A stretch of 55,842 nucleotides of DNA from a virus (Duplodnaviria; Heunggongvirae; Uroviricota; Caudoviricetes), in IMG/VR virus record IMGVR_UViG_2923350032_000003; one strand, 5' to 3'. Positions 11,812-23,316 of the stretch are shown here, piece after piece. Position numbers and translations under genes: made by a program. The notes under the pieces were generated by a model. It searched no databases and was not told the DNA's origin. It saw only the letters and a program-made list of their open reading frames with translations. Position 1 is the stretch's first letter, and the number at the start of each line of letters is the position of its first letter.

Positions 11812-14800
11812 TTAATATTCCCCCATCACGTCGCATATTTAACAGATTGCCCTGCACCCGCTGATCAACCATCCCCATAAGTGCTTTTATTGCCTGAGGG
11901 CCAATCTCTCCATTCTGGCCGTCATTTTGAATAGTGATTTGGTATACAGGGGCATAGGTAATATCTCCGCCTCCATTACCACTTTTACTATTAATAGCTC
12001 TGACACCAAGAGAACCATCGGAAGTTCGTGTTAATGGCATAATGGCTTCCGGTCCAGCCTCACCAAAAACACCAGCCCCTTTTGCAAAAGCAAAAAATTG
12101 CGGGGAATCATAAATACCGTTCGAATACGTGCTCAATGACGGAGACTCATAAATACCGCCCTTTGCATTCGGAATAAATTTACTAATAGCACTCCCGATA
12201 GTTCCTAAAATCCCCCCAGAAGAACTGTTACTAATGCTGTCGAAAATCCCAGTAATTGAAGCCTTTAATGCCATTCGACTAAGATCCGAAATCACGGAAG
12301 TAGCGAAAGAACGAAAATTTGCCTTGCCTGTCGTGACAAAATCACCCAGCGCATCGGTCATCCCATCAAACATCTGAGTCGTGGTTGATTTTATCTGCTC
12401 ACTGATATCCTTAGTGTCATCCAGCCAGTTATTGAATCCCTGGGAGGCACCACTAACCCAGTCTCCTGCCTGAATATCGAGCTGCTCGTTTTTCTGTCTG
12501 ACAATTTCTTTTTCCCGTTCCAGAGCATCATTCAGAGCCTGCATTTTCTCTTGAAAAACATGATCTGACATTCCACGGGATTTATCTGCATAGTCACGTT
12601 CAAGTTGCAGACGCTGATTGTTATATCCATGTTCAATCCGCAGTAATTCCTGCTGGCGTTGCTGATTTTTATCGCCAACCCCATAACCAGCAATCTGAAT
12701 ATCATACCCCTGCTGACGATTATCAATCGAAGCCTGCAATGAATCACGCCATGCTGTTATTTCGGCGGATTCCTTGATTAGCCTGTTATTCTTTTCAATC
12801 GCAACATTTTTCTCCATCAACGCGGTTATTTCTTCCCGGTGTAAGAGAAGCGATTTCTGATCCTGGGTTAATTTCGATGATGGTCGTGACTCTAGGTCGG
12901 CAATCCGCTGACGCCACTTAACCAGTTCCTGTTCAGAGGAACTTAATTTAACGGTCAACTCAGCTTGTGAACTTAGTAACGCATTCTGTTGATTCAGATG
13001 ATCAATCATTCGTTGGGCTGCATCATCAGAATAACCTTTCGCCTTTGGTTGCTTTGGATCTTTATAACGCTCATTTATTTGAGCGATAAGATTATTATAT
13101 TCTTCCTTTGAATACTGATTCTTTAGCTTTTCCAGTTTTGCAAGTTCACTAGCTCTCTGCTGCTCCCGGGTCTGATATTGTTTTGAAAAGGCATCTGCTC
13201 TCTGTCTGAGTTCAATTCCTTCCTGTTGTCGCTTGTTGTAATCGTTTATTGATGAATTTAGTACGTCCTGAGCAATTTTTTCTGCTTGAAGTACGCCCAA
13301 TTGCTGCTTTAATCGTGCCAGCCTTTTATTTTGAGCTCCGCCATCTCCAATGCCACCTAACCCGAAAACTCCGGGTCGGGTATTTTTTTCTATTTCATCA
13401 ATTTGACGGAGAACATCTGAGATTTTTTGATCAAGGGAGGCCTCACGGCCAATATCCAGCATGGAATCCCATGCCCATTTTGCGGAGTCTGCGACAGCTT
13501 TCCATGCAGTCTCAAGATAACCAAGATTTTCTTTAATCTGGTTGGTGCGCTGGATCATTGAGGATGAGTATTCTTCTGTCGCAATGCGGGCGGCCTCCTG
13601 CTGGTTCCCTTCATCCTGTAGCGCCTTAATCTGGTTATAAGTCGCAAGTGTCAGAAAATGGTACTGATCATTAAGTTTTGATATGGCACTGACAGGATCC
13701 TTTGCAATTTCATTGAAGTCATTAACCAGTTGTTCGGTTGATATTCCTGTTACTTCGCTCGTTTTTACTATCGCTGTCGTCACTTGCTCCAGCGAACTGC
13801 TCGCTACCTTTCCCGAACGCACAAGCTGATTTAATACTGCCGCCGCAGCACCAGTTGTCGAATCAGCCGCATTCCCGGCACGTTGAGCTATATCGCCCAA
13901 TTGCCCGCTGGTTGTCCCCAACTGATTTCCGGTAAGAATAAGAGATTTATTAAATTCGTCCTGCTCCTGAGAGCCTTTATAGTAAGCCAGTCCTAAGACC
14001 CCAACGGCTGCTGCGGCCAGGGTAAAAGGATTAATTAATCCCAGCACATAAGAACCTACACCTTTGATCGCCGGGCCAATCCCACCGAACATATCTTTTA
14101 GCTGGCCGCCCTGCTGCATTAACACCATAAATGGCGACTGACCAGTGGACAACCCAACAACAATATCCGTCATTTGTGCAGGCAACATGCGCATAGCAAA
14201 AGCCGTTTGTTTTGCCGACATTCCGGTTTTGCTTAATTGTGATTGAGTAACCTCAAGCTCACTCCGCATAGCACGAAGTTTTCCAGAAAGCTCCTCATAC
14301 ATTTCAGGAGAAAGCATCCCCTTAGCTTTTGCTTCATTGAGCTGTTTCTGTTGTTCTACCAGACGATTAAAAGCAGTTCCGACAGGATCAAGTTGAGCAA
14401 TCAGACGTTGCAAAGCAACAACCTGTTCATCATGCGCTTTTGCTGCTTCTCGCTCTGCCTGAGCCTCTCCGGTAAGCTCTCGCCGTGTTTCCTGTATTTT
14501 TCGGCTATAATTCTCAAACTGAGAACCATTTATTTTCCCGGATGCAAACGCAGCATTAAGTTCATCATGCTGTTGTTCAAGATTTCTTAGCGCCGCAGCC
14601 AGAGGGTCGATCTTGTCCAGCATTCTTTGAAAGGCCTGAGCCTGCGCTTCCTGCTGGGCGGCAGCAAGTTTTCCGGCCTTCTCGGCTTCTCTCTGCGCTT
14701 GCGCAACCCCGCTCAATTCCTCTGTGGTTTCATTAAGTTTACGGACAAGAAATTCATATTCTTCTTTATCAATAAGCCCTTTATCGAAAAATTTCTTTAA

Positions 14801-15037
14801 TTCAGAATAGCGTCGACCGACAGTATCAATTGCGGCACCAACTGGATCAATAGCTGCTTTTAATTTTGCGAGCGCGTTCTTCTCATCTTCTGTTGCCTTA
14901 GTCACTTTCCCTGCGCTATTTGCAGCAGTTTCCCCAGCCTGCGTCATTTTGACTAATGAGGAGGTCAGATTGTCAGCATTATTTTTCGCTCCAGTGCTAT
15001 CAATAATTATTGCGAGACGCGAGGTTTGCTCTGCCAT
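11804..15037 (-). CDS. Tail tape measure protein
   Basis: 1077 aa, coiled-coil-rich (Ala/Gln/Glu/Lys-rich N-terminal half), directly downstream of G/GT. Confidence 0.8.
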
Positions 15038-15202
15038 TTATTAAAACTCCTGACAACAAAAAACCCACCGCGAAGTGGGTTTCAGGCGACATAATAGTAG
15101 ATATAGCGATTACGAGGCCACGCGATGCTTTTCTCCAGGAGCATCATCGATTTAATTAAAGACACCATCACATCTCTGTAACAGAGTGTACGTAATTAAC
15201 AA

Positions 15203-15972
15203 CTACACACACTGCTCCTGAAAATACTGGTCATCCAGTGCAAAGATCACTGCTTCAAATTCATCGCGCTCAATCAATACCGGATGAGTGGCTAAATATT
15301 CATTTATCTCTGTCAGAGATAAAGGCAAAGGCACCCCAGCCATTCCAGCATAACGTCGGGCACGGGATATTACCGAATAGGCGTACAACAACTCCTTAAG
15401 CACCGGGTCTATTTCTGGTTCCGGTATCGGTGGCAACCTGAGTTTTTCTCGCTTCCATCTTGCCTTTTCCCCCCTTTCTCCCCCGAACTCCGATAACCAC
15501 CGCTGGGCAGCTATGGCTTTTTTATCGTATCCTGCTTCTGCTGCTCTTTACCCTGGGCGATGCTGGCTGCTTCTGCAAGGATCTGCCAGTACAACTCTGG
15601 ATTCTGCTTAAGCAGCGCGATCCCTCGTTCTGCCGTATATTCCAGTGCAACCTCAACACCATTAACCAGTTCACCAACCCCTTTCCAGTCTTTCAGCAGA
15701 TAACGAGCGGCATTATCAATGAGTAAATCATCAACAGAATCCACCTCGGAAACCTTTGAAATATCAAACTCCTTCGTTCCGACGTGCAAACTGGCATCCA
15801 TTTTCTCAATGTGGCGACGGATTAATGCATTACGGGAGCGATACTGATCGTTATCGCTGCTTGCCACCAACAGTTTTAACCCGTCTACAGGTTTTAAGTC
15901 CTTCATTGGCGTAAACCAGCGTTCTCCACCAATGATAATTTTCTGATTAAGAATAAACATCCATAACCTCAT
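15203..15972 (-). CDS. Tail assembly chaperone GT, predicted -1 frameshift fusion product
   Basis: The -1 frame is open with no stop from the slippery site (15517-15523) to the stop at 15203; translated by hand. Confidence 0.55.
15511..15972 (-). CDS. Tail assembly chaperone G
   Basis: 153 aa between major tail gene and tape measure gene; ends 6 nt after an A AAA AAG slippery heptamer. Confidence 0.6.
   Translation of the reverse strand: MRLWMFILNQKIIIGGERWFTPMKDLKPVDGLKLLVASSDNDQYRSRNALIRRHIEKMDASLHVGTKEFDISKVSEVDSVDDLLIDNAARYLLKDWKGVGELVNGVEVALEYTAERGIALLKQNPELYWQILAEAASIAQGKEQQKQDTIKKP
15517..15523 (-). other. Programmed -1 ribosomal frameshift slippery heptamer A AAA AAG (G to GT)
   Basis: Forward-strand ctttttt; in G frame as ATA AAA AAG CCA TAG. 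Confidence 0.6.
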
Positions 15973-16475
15973 TCAATGCGTCCCCCTGTAGGGCAGTACC
16001 ACAGGAGGAATAACGGAAAATCAACTAATCGCCTCAGCACTGGCTTTTGCGATCACGGCAGCCGGGGAATTTTTTTTTCTGGTTATCGTAGGTGCTTCAT
16101 CTGCTGCGGTAATGCTCAATTGAACCTGGATAATGTCGCTATTACCCCCATCAGGCCATTCACCTGACACCTGAACCTTCGGGAAACTGAAAGTGTATGC
16201 CCCCTCTCCATTCGAAAGCGTGAAGCTGAACGGAACTGTTTCTCCAGTCAGTGTTTTACTCCAGATTTCCCACGCGGCTTTAGACCATGAAAGCGTCACC
16301 GTACCGGACGGTGTAAAAGTAGTCGGAATATTTGCTCCTGCATAAGGCGAGCCAGTCCCGATACAACGCTGTGTCTGGAGTTTGTTATCGAACTGAATAT
16401 CAAAACTGTCGATACAAAAACTGAACCGCCCCGGAAATCCTGGAGACTAAACTCCCTGAGAAAGAGGTAAACAGG

Positions 16476-16802
16476 ATGACTAAAAATACTCGTTTTTCCC
16501 CCGAAGTCCGTCAGCGGGCGATTCGTATGGTTCTGGAAAGTCAGGATGAATATGACTCACAGTGGGCGGCAATTTGTTCCATTGCCCCAAAGATTGGCTG
16601 TACGCCGGAGACTCTGCGTGTCTGGGTTCGCCAGCATGAGCGGGATACCGGGAGTGGTGATGGTGGACTCACCACCGCTGAACGTCAGCGTCTGAAAGAG
16701 CTGGAACATGAAAATCGTGAACTGCGCCGCAGTAACGATATCCTTCGCCAGGCTTCCGCTTATTTTGCGAAGGCGGAGTTCGACCGCCTCTGGAAAAAAT
16801 AA
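16476..16802 (+). CDS. IS629 transposase OrfA
   Basis: 108 aa, [23 protein letters not shown]..., HTH plus leucine zipper. Confidence 0.85.
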   Translation: MTKNTRFSPEVRQRAIRMVLESQDEYDSQWAAICSIAPKIGCTPETLRVWVRQHERDTGSGDGGLTTAERQRLKELEHENRELRRSNDILRQASAYFAKAEFDRLWKK

Positions 16803-17689
16803 TGCCACTGCTGGATAAGCTGCGTGAGCAGTACGGGGTCGGACCGGTATGCAGCGAACTGCATATTGCCCCGTCAACGTATTACCATTGTCAGCAACAG
16901 CGACATCATCCGGATAAACGCAGTGCCCGTGCGCAGCACGATGACTGGCTGAAGAAAGAGATACAGCGCGTATACGATGAAAATCACCAGGTATACGGTG
17001 TGCGTAAAGTCTGGCGTCAGTTGTTACGGGAAGGTATCAGAGTGGCCAGATGTACAGTGGCGCGCCTCATGGCAGTTATGGGACTTGCCGGTGTTCTCCG
17101 GGGTAAAAAGGTCCGCACTACCGTCAGCCGGAAAGCCGTTGCCGCATGCGACCGCGTAAACCGTCAGTTCGTGGCAGAACGTCCAGACCAGTTGTGGGTG
17201 GCTGATTTTACCTGGGTAAGCACATGGCAGGGCTTCGTTTATGTGGCGTTCATCATTGATGTGTTCGCCGGATACATCGTGGGATGGCAGGTCTCATCAT
17301 CCATGGAAACAACATTCGTGCTGGATGCACTGGAGCAGGCGTTGTGGGCCCGTCGGCCGTCCGGCACAATCCATCACAGTGATAAAGGTTCTCAGTATGT
17401 ATCGCTGGCCTACACGCAGCGGCTTAAGGAAGCCGGATTACTGGCATCAACAGGGAGTACTGGCGACTCGTATGACAACGCGATGGCTGAGAGCATCAAT
17501 GGTCTTTACAAAGCGGAGGTAATACACCGTAAGAGCTGGAAAAACCGGACAGAAGTGGAACTGGCCACACTAACGTGGGTGGACTGGTATAACAATCGAC
17601 GATTGCTGGAAAGGCTGGGCCATATTCCTCCGGCAGAAGCAGAAAAAGCTTATTATGCTTCCATCGGAAATAATGATCTGGCAGCCTGA
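16802..17689 (+). CDS. IS629 transposase OrfB (DDE domain)
   Basis: 295 aa with integrase-core motifs. Confidence 0.85.
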   Translation: MPLLDKLREQYGVGPVCSELHIAPSTYYHCQQQRHHPDKRSARAQHDDWLKKEIQRVYDENHQVYGVRKVWRQLLREGIRVARCTVARLMAVMGLAGVLRGKKVRTTVSRKAVAACDRVNRQFVAERPDQLWVADFTWVSTWQGFVYVAFIIDVFAGYIVGWQVSSSMETTFVLDALEQALWARRPSGTIHHSDKGSQYVSLAYTQRLKEAGLLASTGSTGDSYDNAMAESINGLYKAEVIHRKSWKNRTEVELATLTWVDWYNNRRLLERLGHIPPAEAEKAYYASIGNNDLAA

Positions 17690-18322
17690 GTTCACAGATA
17701 AAATACTCTCCAGGAAACCCGGGGCGGTTCAAACCGTTACCTCCGGCAACACCATTCAGGCTTACTGCTGAAACCTCCTTAAACGAATAACGTAGCTTTC
17801 CTGCACTATCCACAGGTTCGCCTTTGATAAAATTCGTATCATCGGCCTTTGATTCCCAGTCCAGTCCGGCAAAGGTTACGGTCGCTGTAATATCGCCGTC
17901 GTTAGGGATCTGCATTTTCCATGAGCCAACCTGCGCTCCTCTGACGACAGAGGCAATTCCGACATCGGACGCATAGGTCGCCAGAGAAAATGTTATTCGC
18001 TCATTCCCCATTGTCAGAGAATCGCCTGACCATTCCGCGCCGAAACAGGATGCAAGAAAATCATCATGTTGACCCCAGCGAAATTTGGTACCAACATCAC
18101 CGCCGACATCCACAGTGCCAGGCGTCGCCCCCTGAGCCATCCGGGAGCCACCAATCTCATTATTTTCGCCTTTATTCTGGGTGGGTTTTACTCCCCAGCT
18201 TGTGCGTTTTAATAAACTCCAGTCACCACTTGCTGGCGTAGTGCCTGCAACCGTCTCCCGGATAAATGCCGAGATAACCTTTGCACCTGAACTCACAGGA
18301 GCCTCCTATGTCATTAATTGCG

Positions 18323-18715
18323 CTAGAGCGCGCGATATGGAATTTGAAGATTAAGCTGGAACCAGCCATTCTTTTCGCCAACGGCTATTGAGGAAACAGC
18401 CTGGTAACTGAGACGATCGTCATCCTGAAACTCAAACAGTTCCCGCAATTTATCGGCTGTCTCAGTAATGAGTTTTGAACCAGAACCTGCGGGGACAAAT
18501 AACTGAATAATGATTATCCCCGTGCGATAAACAATCGGCCCCGCGCCAATTTCATTAACTCCAGCCTGCCCGGGAATATTACTTAACCGCGCCCAGATTA
18601 ACTTACCGGAAGGATCGAACGTTGGCCCGTTCGGATACAATACGTCTTTTCCATCAATAATCGTCTGTGCCGTCATTCTGGAAATAACCGTATTTCTGAT
18701 TTCAGTAAACTTCAT
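18323..18715 (-). CDS. Tail terminator protein (U-like position)
   Basis: 130 aa directly upstream of the major tail gene; assigned by synteny and size only. Confidence 0.4.
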   Translation of the reverse strand: MKFTEIRNTVISRMTAQTIIDGKDVLYPNGPTFDPSGKLIWARLSNIPGQAGVNEIGAGPIVYRTGIIIIQLFVPAGSGSKLITETADKLRELFEFQDDDRLSYQAVSSIAVGEKNGWFQLNLQIPYRAL

Positions 18716-19092
18716 TTGTAAGCCTGTAAAACACCATGAAAAGCGTTGGCATACACGCCAGTTGGCGCTTGTTGTGAATGACCGTTTTCAAGAGCCTCTG
18801 CATAAGGAAGGTTATTCTGGATATAAATAACCCCGTAATTTGCAGCTTTCGAAATAACCCCGATCCCACGCTGAACAGCAATCGTACCGTTCGGATCCAC
18901 GTTATCAGATATACCAAAATCGGGATGCTGTAACGACACCAGGTTGTTATTTCTGAAACGTCCGGTATCAACCGGAGCAGCAATATCAATAGCAGTAAGA
19001 ATCTGAATAGCGATGTAGCGAATCTTCAGCCCTACATCTTCCTCAATCATCCCGGCAAATATTGACGGTTCTATATCCCATGCCTTTGCCAT
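18712..19092 (-). CDS. Tail completion / head-tail joining protein (Z-like position)
   Basis: 126 aa; synteny. Confidence 0.4.
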   Translation of the reverse strand: MAKAWDIEPSIFAGMIEEDVGLKIRYIAIQILTAIDIAAPVDTGRFRNNNLVSLQHPDFGISDNVDPNGTIAVQRGIGVISKAANYGVIYIQNNLPYAEALENGHSQQAPTGVYANAFHGVLQAYK

Positions 19093-19476
19093 TTACGCTC
19101 TCCTTAACTGGATAGAGTAAACTGATGCGGAAGGATCTACACTTGCTGTAATTACCTCGTATCGTTGTAACTGCCTTGATACAGGATCATAAATCTCAAT
19201 AATATGGTCGACAGCTGGTTTATCCGTAACCTCGCATACCAGAGCGGTTAATTTAAGGTCACCATGCAAAATATTAATCCCATCAATTCTGCCCAGCTTA
19301 TAACGTGTCAACACGCCTCGCCCGGTATAGATTGCGGTGGATTCGCCGCCAGTTTCCGTCACAGGATCCCAGTGCCGGTGCGTAACGTAAGAACCAGAAA
19401 AATCACTCACGGCGTCCGCTAAATCCTCATCAAAAGCAGCGGCAACCTCTGACTGAATCTCTTCACGAAGCCCCAT
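19093..19476 (-). CDS. Head-tail adaptor protein
   Basis: 127 aa; synteny between connector and tail completion genes. Confidence 0.4.
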   Translation of the reverse strand: MGLREEIQSEVAAAFDEDLADAVSDFSGSYVTHRHWDPVTETGGESTAIYTGRGVLTRYKLGRIDGINILHGDLKLTALVCEVTDKPAVDHIIEIYDPVSRQLQRYEVITASVDPSASVYSIQLRRA

Positions 19477-19871
19477 TATCCCCCCCTCACAACCCTGACT
19501 TGTGAGCGACTAAGTCCGTACGGTTTCAGCAGTGCTATCGCAAGCTGTAAATCGGGTTCAAGCAATGCAGTGCTGTTTGCTGGCAACTCAGAAAATGATT
19601 TCGATACACTGACCCCGTCAGCCGACACGGCTTTACTGATAACAACGCCAGAATCATTTTTCTGCTGAAACAACTTACCGAATGAGGCAATTCTGGCTGC
19701 ATATGCTCCCGCAAGTTTTACCTCTTCAGGAATACGGGATGGGTTAATTTTCAGGTTGAAGCCATTAAGCCAGGCATTAGCCATTAAAACAGCTTTATTT
19801 TTAGCGTTCTCACTCGTCCAGGCGTTCCCAAACGCATTATCAACGTCATCACAGGTCACGTAAGTGATCAT
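19476..19871 (-). CDS. Head-tail connector / head completion protein
   Basis: 131 aa; synteny downstream of capsid gene. Confidence 0.4.
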   Translation of the reverse strand: MITYVTCDDVDNAFGNAWTSENAKNKAVLMANAWLNGFNLKINPSRIPEEVKLAGAYAARIASFGKLFQQKNDSGVVISKAVSADGVSVSKSFSELPANSTALLEPDLQLAIALLKPYGLSRSQVRVVRGG

Positions 19872-19874
19872 GTG

Positions 19875-20051
19875 TTACTCCTGAGTTTTCCAGCCCATAG
19901 CCTTCCAGTTGTCAACTTCATCAGGATGAACATTAGCGATAGTTGGTGCGCCGGGAAACATCTGATAATCGGTCACCATAACCACTAACTCAATTTGCGT
20001 TTTTTGTGCGGCTTCACGCTGTGCTCTTTGCTCTTTAGTTAATCCGGCCAT
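19875..20051 (-). CDS. Small hypothetical protein (58 aa), below the ORF-track cutoff
   Basis: Hand-translated MAGLTKEQRAQREAAQKTQIELVV...; its stop lies 4 nt before the next gene start. Confidence 0.3.
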   Translation of the reverse strand: MAGLTKEQRAQREAAQKTQIELVVMVTDYQMFPGAPTIANVHPDEVDNWKAMGWKTQE

Positions 20052-20060
20052 ATGCCCCCC

Positions 20061-20083
20061 ATTAAAAATGGGGCCGAAGCCCC
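20061..20083 (-). terminator. Intrinsic terminator-like hairpin downstream of major capsid gene
   Basis: GGGGCTTCGGCCCC stem-loop followed by ATTTTTAAT on the - strand. Confidence 0.45.
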
Positions 20084-20093
20084 GTTTGAATGT

Positions 20094-21233
20094 TTAACCA
20101 AGAATCAGACAACCATGTGCCGGCTTCACTGATGAAACACCCCATGCCAGTCCAACTTCATAGCGCACCTGGCGATACTGACGATACAGTGCAATCTGGA
20201 ACGTAATCCCTGAAATCGGGTCCGTAACATTCATTACATCATCAGCATTATCGCCACCTTCCGGCATTGCCGGAGTACGGGATGCCAGCAGAAACGCGTT
20301 GCGATCAAACGCCATATTTGCAGTAAAGGCCCCAACAACTGTGATGGCAGTATCATCGGCCAGATCCTGACGCAGTCCGGGCGCTGCAAGAGTAATCAGA
20401 TTGCTGGTCGCTGCTGCCACAACATACTGATTCGGATCACCAGCGAACGTAACAATCTGACCTGCAGAAATACTCCCCGAACCAGTATCAATGGAAATAA
20501 GAACATCGCCTTCTTTTTTCTCTCCATTCACGAGATAACCAGTTGCAGCAACCTTTGGCGCTCGTTTCACACCTGCCGAACTGTGAATATTGAATCCCTC
20601 CAGACGCCCCAACACGCCCTCACGCAGTAGCTGTTCAGTGCCGGATTCATTCACTTTAAACAATACAGACTGTTTTCCGCGCAAATTAGCAATGGCAGTG
20701 GAGCCAAGCACCATCTGCAGATCGGTTGTCGGTGCGCCGTTATCCTCCAGAACCTGACGAGCCAGAGCAGCATCAGAAAGATCATCTTTAACACCAAACG
20801 GCGTTGTCCCTGCGGTTCCCACGGCGCGGGAAGCACCGAAATACAACGCACCAAGATCAGCCTCAACCTCGTTTGCAAGGGCGCGAAAAGCCTGCTTGAA
20901 CTGATCAGCCAGAATGGTGTTGTAAGTCCCTGAAGGGCCAAGAGCCAGTTGTTCTTCACCATTCCATTTAACCGGTGCCATTTTGGATTTAGTAATTTTT
21001 ACATCAACAGTGCCAATATTTTGATCACCGGTATTCGGAGCTGACGGCCCCGGTACGATATCTTCGGTTTTCGCCTCAGGCGCAACTGGCGCGGTTACCG
21101 TCTGATCTTTTGCTGCGGCGTCAGCTTTTGCGTTTTTTGCTACCGCAGGGATAAAACCTACCTGCTCACGGGATACAACATCCAGGGCGGTATAAATAGT
21201 CGGGATCAACCCGGTCAGGGTATTTCCAGCCAT
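20094..21233 (-). CDS. Major capsid protein
   Basis: 379 aa from MAGNTLTGLIP...; AAGGAA ribosome binding site before this Met; follows scaffold gene. Confidence 0.7.
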   Translation of the reverse strand: MAGNTLTGLIPTIYTALDVVSREQVGFIPAVAKNAKADAAAKDQTVTAPVAPEAKTEDIVPGPSAPNTGDQNIGTVDVKITKSKMAPVKWNGEEQLALGPSGTYNTILADQFKQAFRALANEVEADLGALYFGASRAVGTAGTTPFGVKDDLSDAALARQVLEDNGAPTTDLQMVLGSTAIANLRGKQSVLFKVNESGTEQLLREGVLGRLEGFNIHSSAGVKRAPKVAATGYLVNGEKKEGDVLISIDTGSGSISAGQIVTFAGDPNQYVVAAATSNLITLAAPGLRQDLADDTAITVVGAFTANMAFDRNAFLLASRTPAMPEGGDNADDVMNVTDPISGITFQIALYRQYRQVRYEVGLAWGVSSVKPAHGCLILG

Positions 21234-21331
21234 AATTAAATATTCCTTAAAAATTTGCGTAATTGTGAATAGATGGAGTAATGAGCTATCCAGCCCTGAC
21301 ACCAGCTCCCATCCGGAAGCTGACAAATGTG

Positions 21332-22096
21332 TTAATCAACAATTGTGATACCGTCTTTCAATGCGTTTTGCTTACCTGCAACATCCAGTGCATCAAAAGC
21401 AGAGCGTTTCATCGTTTTCTGACCAACATCATGCTGTGTCGGACGGGAGCCGCCGCCATTGTTGCCACTGGCTTTCAGGATGTAGTCTTTCTGAGGGTAA
21501 TTTTCGACGAGGAACTCCAGCGCCTCATCAAACTGCGCCAGTTCGCCAGGCTTCGCGCGGGAATAAATTTTGTTGCCGGAAGCGTCATAAGCAACGATCT
21601 TCCCTTCTTCCACTTTGAATGCCTGCCCGAAGCGGGCTTGTAATAAATCTGCCGGGATCGCAATTTTATCGGCAATATATTTTGAACCCGCAAAACTACC
21701 GCCAATCATAGAATCGTAAAGCTGCGTCTCCAGCATCTGAGAGCGTTGCTTTTCTTCATCTAATTGCTGCTGAAAATTTTTCGTAATTTCTGCCTTAACC
21801 TGGTCAACCTGTCCCGCATCGATCAGCTTTTTCTGGTCGATTTTTGACAGCATTTCCAGTGCCTCGATCGCCTTCTTCGGGTCTTCGATAGCGGCAAACT
21901 TAGCCAGTTTTTCCTCTGCAGCTTCTTTAGCCAGGCGATGATTTTTTGCCTCGCCATTAAGCTCTGTAATTTTTTTTATCGCCAGCGGTGCATCGAAGCC
22001 GATTTCTTTACCATCGTCGTGCACATAAACTGGCAGGCCAGCAGTATCAATTTCTGCGTATTGTTTTCCGTTAATCTCGACCGTTTTCAGTTTCAT
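21332..22096 (-). CDS. Head scaffolding protein
   Basis: About 254 aa, highly charged and helical (Lys/Glu/Ala/Gln-rich), between head morphogenesis and capsid genes; start codon uncertain. Confidence 0.55.
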   Translation of the reverse strand: MKLKTVEINGKQYAEIDTAGLPVYVHDDGKEIGFDAPLAIKKITELNGEAKNHRLAKEAAEEKLAKFAAIEDPKKAIEALEMLSKIDQKKLIDAGQVDQVKAEITKNFQQQLDEEKQRSQMLETQLYDSMIGGSFAGSKYIADKIAIPADLLQARFGQAFKVEEGKIVAYDASGNKIYSRAKPGELAQFDEALEFLVENYPQKDYILKASGNNGGGSRPTQHDVGQKTMKRSAFDALDVAGKQNALKDGITIVD

Positions 22097-22200
22097 ATTA
22101 GTACCTGGTTTAAGTCTTCCGACAGTTACGCTGCTCACCATCCGGATCGCAGCAATAAAAAAGGCCACCCGAAGGTAGCCTGTTGTAATAAATGATTTAT

Positions 22201-23316
22201 TTAAATCCCTGCTTTTCTGAATACCTGTGCATCACGCTCACGGAGTTGCTTCAGCGTCAGCCATTCGCCTTTATCGGTGTAAAATTCATCTGGCGACATA
22301 CCGCCATCCCGAATCAGCTTTGCCCGGGTTTCCCCCACAATCTGTTTTTGTCTGGTGTAAGGCTGACGCAAAAACCATTCCCTGTAGGTTGTATCTCCGG
22401 CCACCACGCCATCCATGCTGGCCCGCTCAGCCGGGGAAATATCACGAACATCAATACCCAGTTCCTTCGCTGATTTCAGAATGAACGTTTCCGTTGAGCG
22501 GCAGCAGAAATGAATTTTTCCCGGCCCATGCAAATAAGGCACACTGTGACCTACAGGTTTATTATCCAGCGTATATTTGAGGCGATCCCTGATTCGACAT
22601 TGTGGCGTAGTACGATTATCAAGCGTTGATAACCATTGCTTACCCTTAATCAAATCATTATTCGCGCTGGCAAAACTCTCACGGGCAGTAGCAGCAAGAT
22701 GTCCAACCGCTGTTTTTGCAATGCTGGCCGCATTAGCCCGGCTCATCTGCAATGCACCATCCTGAAATCCCTTGCTGACATGTCCCCGAATTTTTCTTGC
22801 GATCTGCTCATTGGTATCCCCCAGCAAAAAACCCTGACGCACCGTATTTGTTATGCGTCTGAGCCGATCCGCCTCAAGATCCAAGGCCCACTCACTGAGC
22901 AGTCGTCCCTGGAATGGTCGCGCCATTGCAGCGGCGTAAAGTGCATCAGAAGATATACCAACCAGAGGGTGAACATCAGCAACAAAATCAGGTAGCAGAG
23001 AATCAAACAGACTTAACTGATAACCAGCCTCATAAATTGCCAGCTCGTTCAGCTCTCCGGAGAGACTGGTAAACATGCTGTTAATAGCAGCGCGGTTAAC
23101 CTCTCTGACACTCGCCAGAAGTGACTCTAGGCGCGTAACGGTAAAACTACCAGGATCGAGGCTGTCCAGTGCTACCAGCAGGCGAGCTGTAAGCTCCGCA
23201 TCGCTGTCATTCAGTATTTTCACCATTCTGGCAGCCACACCAGTGCTATAGCGGGATATCCAGACTGCATGAGCAATTGATTCATCACGCAGCCGTTCAT
23301 TCACGGTTTGCATCAT
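22201..23316 (-). CDS. Head morphogenesis protein (minor head protein, SPP1 gp7 / Mu F-like)
   Basis: 371 aa immediately after portal gene. Confidence 0.6.
   Translation of the reverse strand: MMQTVNERLRDESIAHAVWISRYSTGVAARMVKILNDSDAELTARLLVALDSLDPGSFTVTRLESLLASVREVNRAAINSMFTSLSGELNELAIYEAGYQLSLFDSLLPDFVADVHPLVGISSDALYAAAMARPFQGRLLSEWALDLEADRLRRITNTVRQGFLLGDTNEQIARKIRGHVSKGFQDGALQMSRANAASIAKTAVGHLAATARESFASANNDLIKGKQWLSTLDNRTTPQCRIRDRLKYTLDNKPVGHSVPYLHGPGKIHFCCRSTETFILKSAKELGIDVRDISPAERASMDGVVAGDTTYREWFLRQPYTRQKQIVGETRAKLIRDGGMSPDEFYTDKGEWLTLKQLRERDAQVFRKAGI

Larger units (their letters stand above)
16422..17731 (+). mobile_element. IS629 (IS3 family), 1310 bp, with 3-bp target site duplication AAC
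   Basis: Terminal inverted repeats TGAACCGCCCCGG at both ends; flanking direct repeat aac at 16419-16421 and 17732-17734; orfA/orfB inside. Confidence 0.85.
16021..18296 (-). pseudogene. Major tail protein (V-like) interrupted by IS629
   Basis: N-terminal part 17735-18296 and C-terminal part 16021-16418 join in frame (about 320 aa) once the IS and one TSD copy are removed. Confidence 0.65.
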
